Program-made: the position numbers and the translations under genes
Assembly: GCF_009914755.1 (NCBI RefSeq)
Contig: NC_060947.1
DNA length: 64,000 nt
Strand: one strand, 5' to 3'
From: the human T2T-CHM13v2.0 reference genome, Homo sapiens
Notes under the pieces: model-generated
The model's database searches: none
What the model was told of the DNA's origin: nothing
Seen by the model: the letters and a program-made list of their open reading frames with translations, nothing else
In this document: piece after piece, positions 38,365 through 52,719 of the stretch
Layout: every line of letters starts with the position of its first letter
Position numbering within the stretch: position 1 is the stretch's first letter

Positions 38365-38515
38365 ATTTAACCTTGTTGAGCTGCCTCAGTTTTGTGGTCT
38401 GTGAAATGGCATGAGAATTCTTCATTACAGCCTTGTTTTAGATATTAAATTGATAGTATATATGAAAGCTTGTAGCATACTGCTTGGCACCTCACAGCCA
38501 TTTAATAACGGTGAG
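38365..38515 (+). mobile_element. MIR SINE
   Basis: gcctcagttttgtggtctgtgaaatgg...tatgaaagcttgtagcatactgcttggcac. Confidence 0.6.
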
Positions 38516-38994
38516 TTCCTCCTTCTTTTAAGTACGCAGCAGCAGTTTGAGGTTGAGGTCTGGTTTTCTTTTAACTAAAAGTATGCTATTTAAGGCCTAT
38601 ATTAAATAAATCACAGTGTATATGAAAATAAGACCCAAGAAAGCTAGACCTTCTGGGCTTTTCTTTCATGTCTGCTCAGGTATTAAGGCCCTATGTGTAT
38701 AGCAATATATAGCAACTTAATTTCAGCTCCTTCCCATCAGATAAAATGAAATTATAGCTAAAGGTGCAAAAAAAAAAAAGTAACAATTGATGTGGAAAAA
38801 AACTGAATAATTTTTCTGGAGAAAGAGCCAACCAAGACTGGGTGTGAGGAATGTGGGTGGGGAAGGAGTATCTACCAGACAGCAGATGGCCGGGTATCAT
38901 TGTCACCAACATTCATTGTTTGGGTGCTGACTGAAGAGTCAACACAAGAAAATGGCTTCTAAAAGTAGGACACATTTTTGTTGAAGGGAATAAT

Positions 38995-39075
38995 GTTAGG
39001 TTGAGCCACATGAAATGGCCATTTTGAAGGCCAAAATCCATCAAATGTTGGCAATTTCAAATGATTCAGCCTAAC
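38995..39075. mobile_element. MADE2 (Hsmar2-derived palindromic MITE), diverged
   Basis: gttaggttgagccacatgaaatggcc...ggcaatttcaaatgattcagcctaac, an inverted repeat of about 80 bp. Confidence 0.75.
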
Positions 39076-39099
39076 ATTTTGTCCATTAGGAAGACAAAC

Positions 39100-39255
39100 A
39101 TTGGAACAAGTGGCTACAGGGATGCTGTGGGGGCTTTTATTTGTGAATATATTTGATAAGAGTCTATAGAATTATTTGTCCTGGGTGATTTAGTTATTGA
39201 GTTTCCTGAAAGCAGGGGGTGGGTGAGATAATCTGTCAGGATCAATTTACCTGTC
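39100..39255 (+). mobile_element. CR1/L3 LINE 3' end
   Basis: tggaacaagtggctacagggatgctgtgg...tgtcctgggtgatttag...cctgaaagcagggggtgggtgagataatct resembles the L3 terminus. Confidence 0.55.
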
Positions 39256-39387
39256 TCCTTGAAGAGAACAAGCTCTGTTCTTCTAGGATGCTAATGGAAA
39301 CTGTGGGTAGAATCTGGGCCTTTATGGAAAAAGAATCCATTACTATTTTCCTTCTCTGCTGTTTGTTGAGAGGGCATTTCACTGGAT

Positions 39388-39602
39388 CAGGGTTTCTCAA
39401 TCCTGGTGCTAATGACATGGGGGCTGGATAACTCTTTGTTCGTGGGCTGTCATGTGCATTATAGGATGTTCAACAGCATCCTTGACCTTTACCCACTGGA
39501 TGCCAGTAGCACTCTTTTACTGTATTGTAAAACCCAAAAATGTCTCCAAAAATTGCCGGATGTCCCCTGGGGTGCAAAATAGACCCCAGTTGAGAACCGC
39601 TG
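39388..39602 (-). mobile_element. MER20 (hAT-Charlie)
   Basis: cagggtttctcaa...tgccagtagcac...aaaaatgtctcca...tgtcccctggggtgcaaaat...gttgagaaccgctg. Confidence 0.88.
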
Positions 39603-40631
39603 CTCTAGGTAGCAGTCCTGAACATGAGAATTTGTCTAATCAGTTTTGGAAAAAATGTAAGACCTGATACTCCACCTGCCCTATCTCCATTTCCTGCTCT
39701 GGCATCTGCCCCTTGGCTACTCTTGGGCGTTTTTATTGAGACAACATGCTTATAGATTCCAAAATACTTGGAGGTTCTCTCAGCCTCTTTAAGGAATGCT
39801 TGCTTAAGCTTTTTGGAAAACTTAAATTTCCAGTGATGAATCTGGTGACCATCATTGTTGTCATTGTCATCTATTAGATATAGCATTCTGAGGTTCTGGG
39901 ACAAGGCATTATTGCTTGTTCCTACTTGTCATCTGTGTGGTGTGAACCTGCTCAATCAAGTCACTACTGTACCATTTAGTGGTGGAGCATCTCCTTTAGC
40001 TGAACTCATAAAGGCCCCATGCACATGCATATAACTGGGAGGGAATCTGCTTGTATGTTGCATATAAGTACACAGATCCTGTGGTGTTCTTGGACAATTT
40101 AAATGTTTAGTTTCTATCTTGGAAGTTTAAACTTTTCTGAGTGTTCCCTCTCACTCACTGGCCCAAGTGGACTTAGGTTATGCAGACAGTGAAATGACTC
40201 TATTGCTGAGCCCTGGGAGGGGGAGGGTCATGTGCTCCCAAGTAATTGAAAGCTTTTTTTTTTTTTTTTTTTTTTAAGCCTAGCAAGCAGTTTAGATGGA
40301 CTACATTCCTCATTCCAGCTGAGGAGAGATCTCCCAAGGAGAAGGGAGTGCTAAGGCAGAGCAAGACCCCACAGCCTTCCAAAGATCCCCTATGGTCCGA
40401 AGTCCTTTGACCACCTCAGTCAGCTGCTTTGTTTTCTGTTGGGAGTGGAGGGACAAGGTGAGAGGAGCCAGGGGTAGTCATCAACACCAGCGGGTTCTGC
40501 CCTGGGCAGCTCCCCACCTTCTTTGAGAGTACTGTGTCTCAGCTCCAGCAGTCTCAACTGGGAAGACCCAGGGATCCTGCTCTTCTCTCTAGTCCCTGGA
40601 AGACAAGGTCCAGCTAAGGTAGAGTAAGCAG

Positions 40632-40994
40632 TCAGTGACCAGGCAGGCTGGTTTGGGGGGTCACTGCCTGGAGGACGGGATCTTGTATTCTTCGAAAGAT
40701 GGCTGGGAAATTCTTCCCTCCATTACGTAGAACTTTCTTCCCCTCCTCAGTTGAGGTACCTAGATGTCCCACAATGGAGTCTTCACTCAGGTCCTCCACA
40801 GGCATACGCTCAAACAGCGGGTGCTCTTCAAAATGAGTGCACATCCAGTCGTGTAGCTCCAGCACATGGGTTATCGTATATACCAACCCCCCAACTCTCA
40901 GCACGTAGGCATATTTTGCTAGCAGAGTGGGACTGATGATTTGCCGCTTGTGCTTTATCTGCTTGAAATGTGGGTCGGGGAAGAGGAAGAACAT
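40632..40994 (-). pseudogene. METTL1 retrocopy C-terminal ORF (120 aa, from parental M157 to the native stop)
   Basis: [11 protein letters not shown]...QTSLPGH is colinear with the METTL1 C-terminal half. Confidence 0.9.
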
Positions 40995-40999
40995 CTTTG

Positions 41000-41458
41000 T
41001 CAGCTGGCCTTGTAGAAGTTAGGAAGGTGCTTCATGGCATTGCTACAGAGACAGGCAATGTTCTGGAAGCCACCTCCAGGAGCTGCGCGTAGGGCCCAAA
41101 TCCGGTCTTGTACATAGTCTGAGACCTTCACCTGGATCTCCAGACCCAGAATCAGTGTGTCTGGGAACAGTGGTGATAGTTCCACTAACAGGCCACCATA
41201 GCCACAGCCTATGTCTGCAGACTCCGCTTGGGCCTGAGCTCTCTTTTCTTTCTTATCCTTTGGGTCATCGTGGCTCTGATTTTGAGTGAGTGGAGCGAAG
41301 AACTCTGGGTATAGCTCAGACCAGTCCATTTCCTCTGGCTTCACAGGATAGCGCAGCGTGTGGTCTGCCATGGGGTTGGATTGAGCACATTGCCGGTAGT
41401 AGCGCTTCTGGGGCTGCGGGGCCTCTGCTTCGGCCACGTTCCAAGTCTCAGCTGCCAT
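41000..41458 (-). pseudogene. METTL1 retrocopy N-terminal ORF (152 aa), ending at a frameshift-induced TGA
   Basis: Reads AAC TTC TAC AAG GCC AGC TGA where the parent has NFFYKGQLTK, implying a 3-nt and a 1-nt deletion. Confidence 0.9.
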
Positions 41459-42014
41459 GATCCCGGTCCCGGGTTTCTCTACCTGAAAGCCTCTTTTATT
41501 GTCCCTCTCAGCTGGAGATCCTCATTCGCCTTCCAGGTTCAGGAGAAGATGCCCTCAGAGTAGCTGAGGGACTGTGTAGCTTAGAGTTGAAGGGATATCT
41601 AGACGTCTTGGGACATCTGCCTGTGTATACTGGGTCCTCAGAGAGGTCCGTGGGTCAAGTAAGGTGGTGACCCTGTGGTGACTGCTGCTACCATGAATAG
41701 AAGAAAGTGCAGCTTCTCTTCCTGTTTCTTAGGGGCACCCCATATACTGAGGGCAGGGAGGGAAAGTGTTGCTTGTACAAAACCAGCACAGAAGGTGAGC
41801 AGGGACCGTGAAAAGTGTTATTTTTTCTGTGCTGCTGAATAAAAGCAATTTCCATGCCCTGTGCTAAAGCGTAGACGTGTTGACAGCTGAGAATATATGT
41901 GTGAATACTTTGGAGGCAGCAGAACACCATATCTGAAGAGTCAAACCTTCTTTTAGAGGTCATTTATGTAGCAATCTTGAATGTGGCCCTCTCACACTGC
42001 TTCACCTTTTACAT

Positions 42015-42192
42015 TAAAGCTTCCCAGCCCTGGCTGCACATTTGAATCGCCTGGAGAGCTGGTAAATAATTTAGATGCCTGGTTCCTATCTCACAGTAGT
42101 TAAATCTGAATCTCTGGTGATGGACCAGCTTGGGTATTCGTAATTTTAAAGGTCCTCAGCTGATTTTGATGTGCAGCCAGGGTTAAGACCCT
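42015..42192. mobile_element. MER5B
   Basis: ccctggctgcacatttgaatcgcctgg...gatgtgcagccagggttaagacc. Confidence 0.8.
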
Positions 42193-42242
42193 TGGGCTTT
42201 TCTTTCAAACCATCTCCACAGGATTTCTTTATTTTTCTTGGT

Positions 42243-42421
42243 CAGTGGTTCTTACACTTGAGCGTGTGTCAGAATCCCCTGGGTTTCTTCAGTTGCTGGG
42301 CCCCATCATCACAGTTTCTTATTTAGTAGGTCTGGGGTGAGGCCAGATAATTTACATCTCTAACAAGCTCCCAGGTGACACTGATGCTGCTGTTCCTGGG
42401 ACCGCACTTTGAGAACCACTG
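42243..42421 (-). mobile_element. MER5A
   Basis: cagtggttct...ctaacaagctcccaggtga...gggaccgcactttgagaaccactg. Confidence 0.88.
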
Positions 42422-43119
42422 CTCTATGGTTACATCAACTCTCGATGGCTTCTTGCATTAAGAATTTTTCTGACCTTGTCCTGGCTTTTGGTCACTACTA
42501 CATTTTTCTCTAGTTTCTTGTTCTTTTGCAACGTTAATCCCTTTTAATTCTCATTCATTCATCCATTCAAATGGATTTCAGACAAATCCTGGGCATCTAA
42601 TATATGCAACGGGCAGTCTTCCTTTTTTCATTTAAGCCTTTTCTTTTCAGCCATGGACACCATTGGCAATAGTTGCTTTGCTGCCTGCAATGCTATTCTT
42701 GGTTCTGTTTTTGCCCTTGGGGGTTGATTTTGATATTTGCATGCATTTCATGGGCAATTATAGTTACCTACAGAGGCTAGGATTTTCTTATTTCTTTGGA
42801 AGCATATTTGATTCTTTTATCTCTTTTCACTTAAGGGCTGTACATGTGGACTCTTTGCAAGAAAAAAGTGGACGTAGAATAATGATCTGTAGTAAACCAA
42901 CAGTGCTGGGGCAGGGAAAACCTTTCTGAAATAGACATTGTCTCCATTTTTCTACATCCTTTGCTCTTAGACATGGAAAGGTAGATGGGGGATGGGTGAG
43001 AGTGGAAGCACATGTTCTGGTTTGTGATGCTCTTTTTCTTTGTTTATCTACTCACTGATTCTTACGGATTAGGGATCCATTTAGCAGAGGCTTTTATTTC
43101 ATTGTTGATTCTTCATGGC

Positions 43120-43674
43120 TGTATTAGTTTTCTATTGCTGCATAACAAATTACCACAAACGTAGACGCTTGAAACAAAAGCCATTTATTATCTTACAGTT
43201 TCTGTAGGTCAGAAGTCTGTCACAGTTTAGCTGAGCTCTCTGCTCTGGGTCTTACAAGCCTGAAATCAAGGTGTTGGCTAGGTCGAGTTCTCATCTGGAG
43301 ACTCCCTTAGGGAAGGATTCACTTCCAAGCTCACGTGGTTGTTGGCAGAATTCATTCCCTTGAGGCTGTAGAATTAATTGAAGCTTGCATTTTCAAAGTC
43401 AGCAATGGAGACAGAGTCTCTGCTGCTTCAAGTCTCTGACCTCTTAGACCCTCTTTTAAACACATTGCCTGATGAGGTTAGGCTTATTCAGTGTAATCTT
43501 TTTTGATTAATGAAGTCAACTGATTAGGCAATTTAATTACATCTGCAGAATCCCTCCATCTTTGCCATATGCTATTGGTTAGATGCAATTTACAAGTTCT
43601 GCCTATGCTGAGGGAGAAGGGATTATAATAGGGTGTAGGTCATTGGGAGTCATCTTAGAATTTGGCCTACCACA
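43120..43674 (-). mobile_element. MLT1E/F-like MaLR solo LTR
   Basis: tgtattagttttctattgctgcataacaaattaccacaaac...cttagaatttggcctaccaca; TSD atggc/aaggc. Confidence 0.85.
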
Positions 43675-45699
43675 AAGGCTATAATGAAATGCTTGCCAAT
43701 AGCTGTAGAATTCTATAGGTGCTCCATAACTATACCCTATTAGGCCATATCACTACACTCAGATAAATGCCTTATGGATAAACCTTCTTGAACACAGCAA
43801 GGAAGACAGTGTCTGTCCTCAGGAAGCAGTCCTAGAAGCAGTGGACAGTAATGAATTTGGAAAGAGCATTGTTTTTCCCTCTACAATAAAACTGACTCAA
43901 TATATTCTTCTGTGCTGTATTCCATTTTTTATTTCCAGTATATTTTTTAAATAAACCAATTATAAGTTATATTCTTGTCACCAAAGACAAAAAAAGTGAA
44001 CTAACCCTTACCCATTTACTCCAAAATAAATGGGGTCTTCAATTAGAAATAACAAAGCTAGCCCTTCTGAAACTCAACATAAATCACATTTCTTTGGGTG
44101 TGTGTAACTAGCAGGGTGAGCTATCATGTTAAAAACCAGTCCACAAATTCCAGTCAAGGGGAAGTACGAGAGCAACCTTACTTATACCAACTGGAGGAGC
44201 ATCAGCAGCCCTAGGATTTTGCCATTCTCTAGCAGCTTGGGAATCTCTTGCCATGTAGTAGACCCAAGTGTGACTTGACCAATGTGAAATGCTGTTGGCA
44301 CTGAGGAAAACATCTTTTTTGGTTTGTCCAAGAAAAGTTATCAGGAGGGCTAAGAGTTGAATGGTGATGGGGAAAACAGGGAGGTGAGGAGGAGTCGTGG
44401 TGGGCAGACAGGCAGGGTAGTGTGGAGGAGTAGGGGAGAGATGTGGTGATGTGGTTGGCAAAGGTGGGGTCAGTGAGCTCCATTCTCATTCCAGCTTTCC
44501 AGTGACCTACTTGAGATTTCCAGGCAGCCCACTTTTCAAGAGGCAGTTCTAAGGGGAGTAGCTTGAGCATCTTTTGTCCCAGAGAATCCAACCAGTAGGC
44601 CAGTCATTTCAAATTACCTCTGTCCTGGACTTAGAAGCATTTTGTTTTTACAGTGTAATTTTAAACTGCAGCCTGAAAGCCAAGGTCCTATTGCATCACG
44701 CAACTCAGTAATATGAGCTACATTTAGTAGTGTTTCTCACGAGTCTCTGGACAAGATGTTCTTCCAAATGCTATTGGAAAAAGTGGGAAGACCAGTAATG
44801 CAAGATGTTGTCCTAAAATACACATAAAATAGATTCTTACTCTTAGGTAAAAAGATAATTGCAATGAAATCCTATCAAAGGACACTGGAGTCTTGCGTAT
44901 AGCTATGCTGTACTTTAAGAAAGCTTGATGAGCCTCCAATCTAATGATTATTTATTAATCTTACCAAAGAATCCTTTGTTGTTCAAAAGGATTCACTCAA
45001 GGGTTCCTTTAAATAGTGCCTTTAAATGTTTGTTTATAAACTATTAACTACTTGACAGAGAAGCAGGGAAACTTAAACTGTTGGGAGCCATCGCCAGTTG
45101 AAGATTAATCCAAAATGTAGATAAAGCCACTCTCTGATTATAATGTAAGTCAATGAGAAAATATAATCAAATTTATAAAAATTTAATCATGACAGAACTC
45201 TTCAGGAGCGTATCTTTTGCAAGAAAGGAGATACACCTGTGGAGTGTCTCTCTATTGGGCCTGCAAATCCTTCTTAAAGTCATCGTCCCACAAATCTCTA
45301 CTCAGCCCACACAGTTCTCATGAGCCTTGCTCACATCTGCCAAGACTTCACTGCTTTGCATTTTGCTTCCCTCACAGTGTCTGGCAGGCCGCCTGGATCA
45401 CAACAGGCTTTCTGGTAGGTATTTGCTGATTTGATGTGAGTTGTTCCTTCAACTCCAAGATATGGACATCACACATATGGCTTGTGGAGAGTTGTAGTAA
45501 GTCCTGCTATGATTTCCAAAGTCATTTCTGAAACATTGATGAGGATTTACACCTCTGGGCTGAGGGAACATAAACATCGACCTGAACTCAATAAATTCAA
45601 AGTTCTCCTCTCAAGGACAGTTCCCACAGAACTTCAACTCAACTGAAGTAGAAGGGAAGGCAGATTATTCTGTTTATTTATTACAGTTTTCACTTATTT

Positions 45700-46690
45700 A
45701 TGTGTTTTTTTTTTACTGGAAAAAGAAAGAGAACAGGATAAAATGAATATAAAACTTAATGAATTATTATAAGGTCAACACCCTTTTAAATACCACCCAA
45801 GTCAAGAAGTCAAGAAATAGAATCTCATGTCACCTAAGAAGTCCCAAGGCCAACCAAGTGTCGCATTCCAACTTCAACCACGTCCCTTCTCCCTATGGGA
45901 CTTTTGCAACAATCACTTTCTTCCATTTCTTTGTAATTTTATCACCCAACTGTGTACCTGTAAACCCTATAGTTTAGTTTTGCCTGGTTAAAAAAATGTC
46001 TTCTCTATATATTTTGATCCAAAGATTCCCCCTTCTTCCCTGCCTCTTTTCCTGGAAATTTATTTGTTGAAGAAACTGGGTCATTTGATGTGTGACATTT
46101 CCCATAGTCTGTATTTTGCTGATTGTATACATGCAGTTTAGTTTAACATGGTCCTCTGTTTTACCTGTGGAATGCTAGTTGTAACTAGAGGAGTGGTTTT
46201 CAACCAGGGGTGATTTGCAGGGGACATTTGGCAGTGTTTGGAGACATTTTTGATTTTTGAAAAGGAGTAGGTGGTGCCACTGGCGTCTAGTGGGTAGAGG
46301 ACAGGGATAGTGTTAAACATCCTATGAGGCACAGGACAGCTCCCCCCACAGAAAAGCATTAGCCCCCTCTCAATGTCATTAGTGCTGAGGTTGAAAAATC
46401 CCCAATCTAGAGGTTTGTTCAGATTCAGATTCAGTATTTTTTTTGACAAGACTGAGGATGGTATGATTCATCAGCAAGCACATATGTCTGGATGTCTCTA
46501 TTTTTGTGACGTTAGCAGCCTTTGATGCTCAATGCTTAGATTAGTGGCTGCAAAATAGTTATGTTCTAATTCTCTAATTTCTACTTCATTTGTTAGTTGG
46601 AATACTTCAATAAAGACCCTTCCCTTCATCTATATTTGGTTACTTAGTGACACAGTTCATATAAGAAAGGCAGGATAAATACTTCATTCT
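45700..46690 (-). mobile_element. L1MC-type 3' region, interrupted by MER20
   Basis: tttatttgttgaagaaactgggtcattt...ctagaggtttgttcagattcag...aaaggcaggataaatac. Confidence 0.7.
46191..46403 (+). mobile_element. MER20
   Basis: agtggttttcaaccaggggtgattt...ggggacatttggcagtgtttggagacatttttg; TSD-like aactagag/atctagag. Confidence 0.88.
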
Positions 46691-46694
46691 TCAG

Positions 46695-46880
46695 TGTCAT
46701 GAGAAGAAGGACAGGCTTTGAAAGTAGGTGTGGGGGTCAAATTTTGATTCTTGTATTCACTAGATGTATGATATTGGACAAATTATTCAAGCTATTTGAA
46801 CTTCACTTTCTGCATCAGTAAAGTAGGGATAATAATATCTGCCTTATAGGGTGTAAGTGAAGATAAAATGAGGTAAACAT
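46695..46880 (+). mobile_element. MIR SINE
   Basis: ttggacaaattattcaagctatttgaacttcactttctgcatcagtaaagtagggataataat. Confidence 0.7.
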
Positions 46881-46884
46881 TTAT

Positions 46885-49715
<2,831 letters not shown>

Positions 49716-50959
49716 AATTTAGTGCTTGGCACATAGTAGGCTGTCAATATATGTTCAATTTCTTTCATATTCCTTTATTGCTATTGAATTAGAGCATCAT
49801 AAATCTGGGTTACATCTCAGCAATGTATTCTCTCTCTTAAAATGAGCCAGACAATCCAATAACACCTTTGAAATCCCTGGTCCACACCTCTCATTTCAAA
49901 TTGAGAGTTTGTATTTTACTTCTAAATTATGGTAGTTACCACAAATTCTTGGTACTGGTATTTCTTCTCCCACATGCATCACTGATATGGCTAATTGATA
50001 TAAACATATTTTCTCTTGGATATGGCTTCAGAATCATTCTCAACACAGCATCCAGGTCTTTGCTACTAACCAGTAGGAGTTGGCATGTGTGATTAAACCT
50101 ATTCATCATCCTTGAGCTACTGATAAGGAGACTTAGAAATTGTTTTAGTTTATTGATTTGGTGAAACTCAATTATTTCTAAATAAAGGTCTTGAGCCATA
50201 TTTAATCTTCCAGCAGGAGAATAAATGCTTTCTTAGGTGAGAAAGGAAAATGACTTTCAATTTTGAGTAATGATTTTTTTAGGTATATGGTTTCTATAGT
50301 GCTGTGCTTTCTCTAGGACAGCCCATGGAAGAATGCTCTTTTTTTTCAGATTAGCTTAATAAAAAGAAAATGGTAGGAAATTAGTTTCTGCAGGATACTT
50401 TTATACCAGATCATTATTATTAGTTAGTTAGAGTTTGTCCTAAAGAGTAGCACTAATTTGAAATGCTAGGTTTTTAGTGTGTATTTTAAATCTTTAAATT
50501 ATAACCATTCAGATAATTGTATTGGATTATTTTAGTTTTATCAGAGAAAGCAAAGTGACTAATGCTTTAAAAACTATTCATGTTTCAGAGTCACTTTGGA
50601 TTGTAAGTGACAAAAAACATGAACTGTGTCTGAGTCACTTTGCTTTAACTATATTTTGGGGGTTGCTTGATTTATTTGATTGCCTTGAGCAGAACACATT
50701 TGTGTCCTAGCAATGGCTCACTCTTCCCCTGCCTTTATGGGGGTGGAGCACTTTGAGATGCAATGTGATTATTTTTGGTTTCATCAGTCAAAAGGAATAG
50801 AATGAGATAAAAAGCATTAACTTCTTTTTTCTAAACTTAAATTTCCAGCAATCTCAAAAGATGACTGCTTCTTAGCAAAGAACGTTGGTAGAGTTTATTT
50901 GATTGCAAAATGATCAGAATAGTTGTTTTGAACATTATTTCTTTGCTGAAGGTCCAATT

Positions 50960-51200
50960 AAATCTTACTTAATGAGTGGGGAATAGTGCTAAGTACTGTG
51001 GGGATTATAGAGAAGTATTATTTACAGTTCTTACATTCAATGTTTTACAGTCTAGTTGGGAAGACATGCTGTACTAACATGAAAATGCAACAAACATGCA
51101 AAACTGTAAATGTTTGATCTTAGATATGCATGACTGATGGTAAGAACTATAGGACTTCAAAAGATGGAACCATTGTGACTTGAGTAGGTAGAGGCCATAT
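50960..51200 (-). mobile_element. L2 3' fragment
   Basis: tagtgctaagtactgtggggattatagag...tttacagtctagttggga. Confidence 0.5.
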
Positions 51201-51214
51201 ATGTAGCAAGGAAG

Positions 51215-51455
51215 ACCTAGAGCCAGAGGGCCCTGGAATCAGTTCCCTACTCTTCATCCTAAAAGCTGTGAGAGCTTGTGCAAGCTACTGAAGCTCTCTG
51301 GGCCTTGCTGCTTCTCTTCTGTAAAATGGGACAATAGAAATACTTATCCCATAAAGCAATTGCAAGGATTAAATAAATTAATACAAATATTTCGCGATGT
51401 GCATTGACTCATTTACCAGTGCCTGACACATGAAAAGCAGTCAGTAAATCATTGT
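51215..51455 (+). mobile_element. MIR SINE
   Basis: ctctctgggcct...ttctgtaaaatgggacaat...cagtgcctgacacatg. Confidence 0.75.
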
Positions 51456-52129
51456 TAAGGAATACAATTTCTAGAGTTGTGTTTTGAAATATTAACTTCA
51501 TTTAAAAAAATTGGTAAAATAACTTGCTATAATCCAATAATTTTAAGGAAACCATAGTTCACTGCCCTTTGTGCATTTTCCTCTTTCTTTTCTACTACAT
51601 TTCTTAACCCTTCATCAATTTGCTTCTTTCTCTGGATTTGGTTTGTTTTTGTATATCTTTCTTTGATACTTCTCCTCCTATCTCCATCTAATATTTAATA
51701 TTTTATAAGACACCAGCCAACATTCAATAGGCATCCATTCAATTGAGTTTTGGCATCTATGGCAATACTCAAGGTCAGTCAAAGTATTCCTGAAAGGGTG
51801 ACTATGATCCATTGGCCAGTCTTCTGGCTGGCTTCTCCTAACACTGCCCTCTTCTCATTGACTACAGGCTTCCTTCCAGAGGTCTGGAGGCAGGATCAGC
51901 CAGCAGAGACAGCTCACTCTAGTGTTCTTTGAGAAATTTATGCTGATACTTATAGATTCAGGTTCATCAAGAAATACCACAAGGGTTTCAAAGATTTACT
52001 GTGTGAATACATTAATATGACATTGATAATGACAAGATATATTTAAGATGGGGAAGATCCTTCTGCCCATCCACCAGAGTGATACTGAATTAGGGATTCC
52101 TTTGCATATTTTTTCTTCCTATATATATA

Positions 52130-52610
52130 ATTTTCCACACTGCTCTTTTCATTGGTATGATTCCTTATTATTAAAGATAACCTCTAAATATAGTTTAAAT
52201 TTGTTGTATGATGCTCCACCATTGTAGTGTTCCACAATAATACTTTTTTCCTATTGTTCGTCATTTAAGTGGCTTTTTGAGATTTTCACTCTAAACAAGA
52301 CTGTAATTACAGTTTTGTGAATATATCTTTGGCCACATATCAGATTTTTGCTTTAGGATAGATTCCTAGAAGTTGAATTACTGGGTTAAAGAGTGAGAAC
52401 ATTTTTAAAGCTTTTGATATGTATTACCCAATTACCTTCTGGAAAGTTGAAACAATTTGTAGTTCCTTACCAGCTCTGAGTATTATGCACCTCCCCGCTA
52501 ATTTTGTCAACTGTTGCTAATTTGATAGGTTAAAATGGTATCTCATCGTTATCGTAAATTATAAAAATTATCTTTGGTTACTAATGAGACTGAACATTGA
52601 AAATTTTTCT
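52130..52610 (-). mobile_element. L1ME fragment, antisense
   Basis: ttaggatagattcctagaagttgaattactgggttaaag...aaaatggtatctcat. Confidence 0.7.
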
Positions 52611-52639
52611 AGTAAAATAAATCCTTGGAACCCTTACTA

Positions 52640-52719
52640 TTAGGTTGGTGCAAAAGTAATTGCGGTTTTTGCCACTGAAAGTATTGGCAAAAACCGCAAT
52701 TACTTTTGCACCAACCTAA
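52640..52719. mobile_element. MADE1 (Hsmar1-derived 80-bp MITE), miR-548-family-type hairpin
   Basis: TA|ttaggttggtgcaaaagtaattgcggtttttgcca-ctgaaagtat-tggcaaaaaccgcaattacttttgcaccaacctaa|TA; perfect inverted repeat. Confidence 0.96.

Larger units (their letters stand above)
40254..41483 (-). pseudogene. METTL1P1: processed pseudogene of METTL1 (tRNA guanine-N7 methyltransferase)
   Basis: Intronless copy with short 5'UTR, CDS 41458-40632 and 3'UTR. T22 poly(A) at 40254-40275; TSD tgaaagc... at 40247 and 41484. Translation shows Trm8/METTL1 motifs [20 protein letters not shown] and STEEGKKV. Frameshift near 41008. The symbol is assumed from the known METTL1 pseudogene; the locus was not verified. 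Confidence 0.95.

Noticed and set aside
40632-41458. Functional METTL1 gene
   Set aside because: No introns, poly(A) tail and TSD present, a frameshift, active-site substitutions and no CpG-island promoter, so it is a processed pseudogene.
44129-44591. Pro/His-rich overlapping minus-strand ORFs
   Set aside because: They arise from a G-rich low-complexity plus strand, with no recognisable homology or exon structure.
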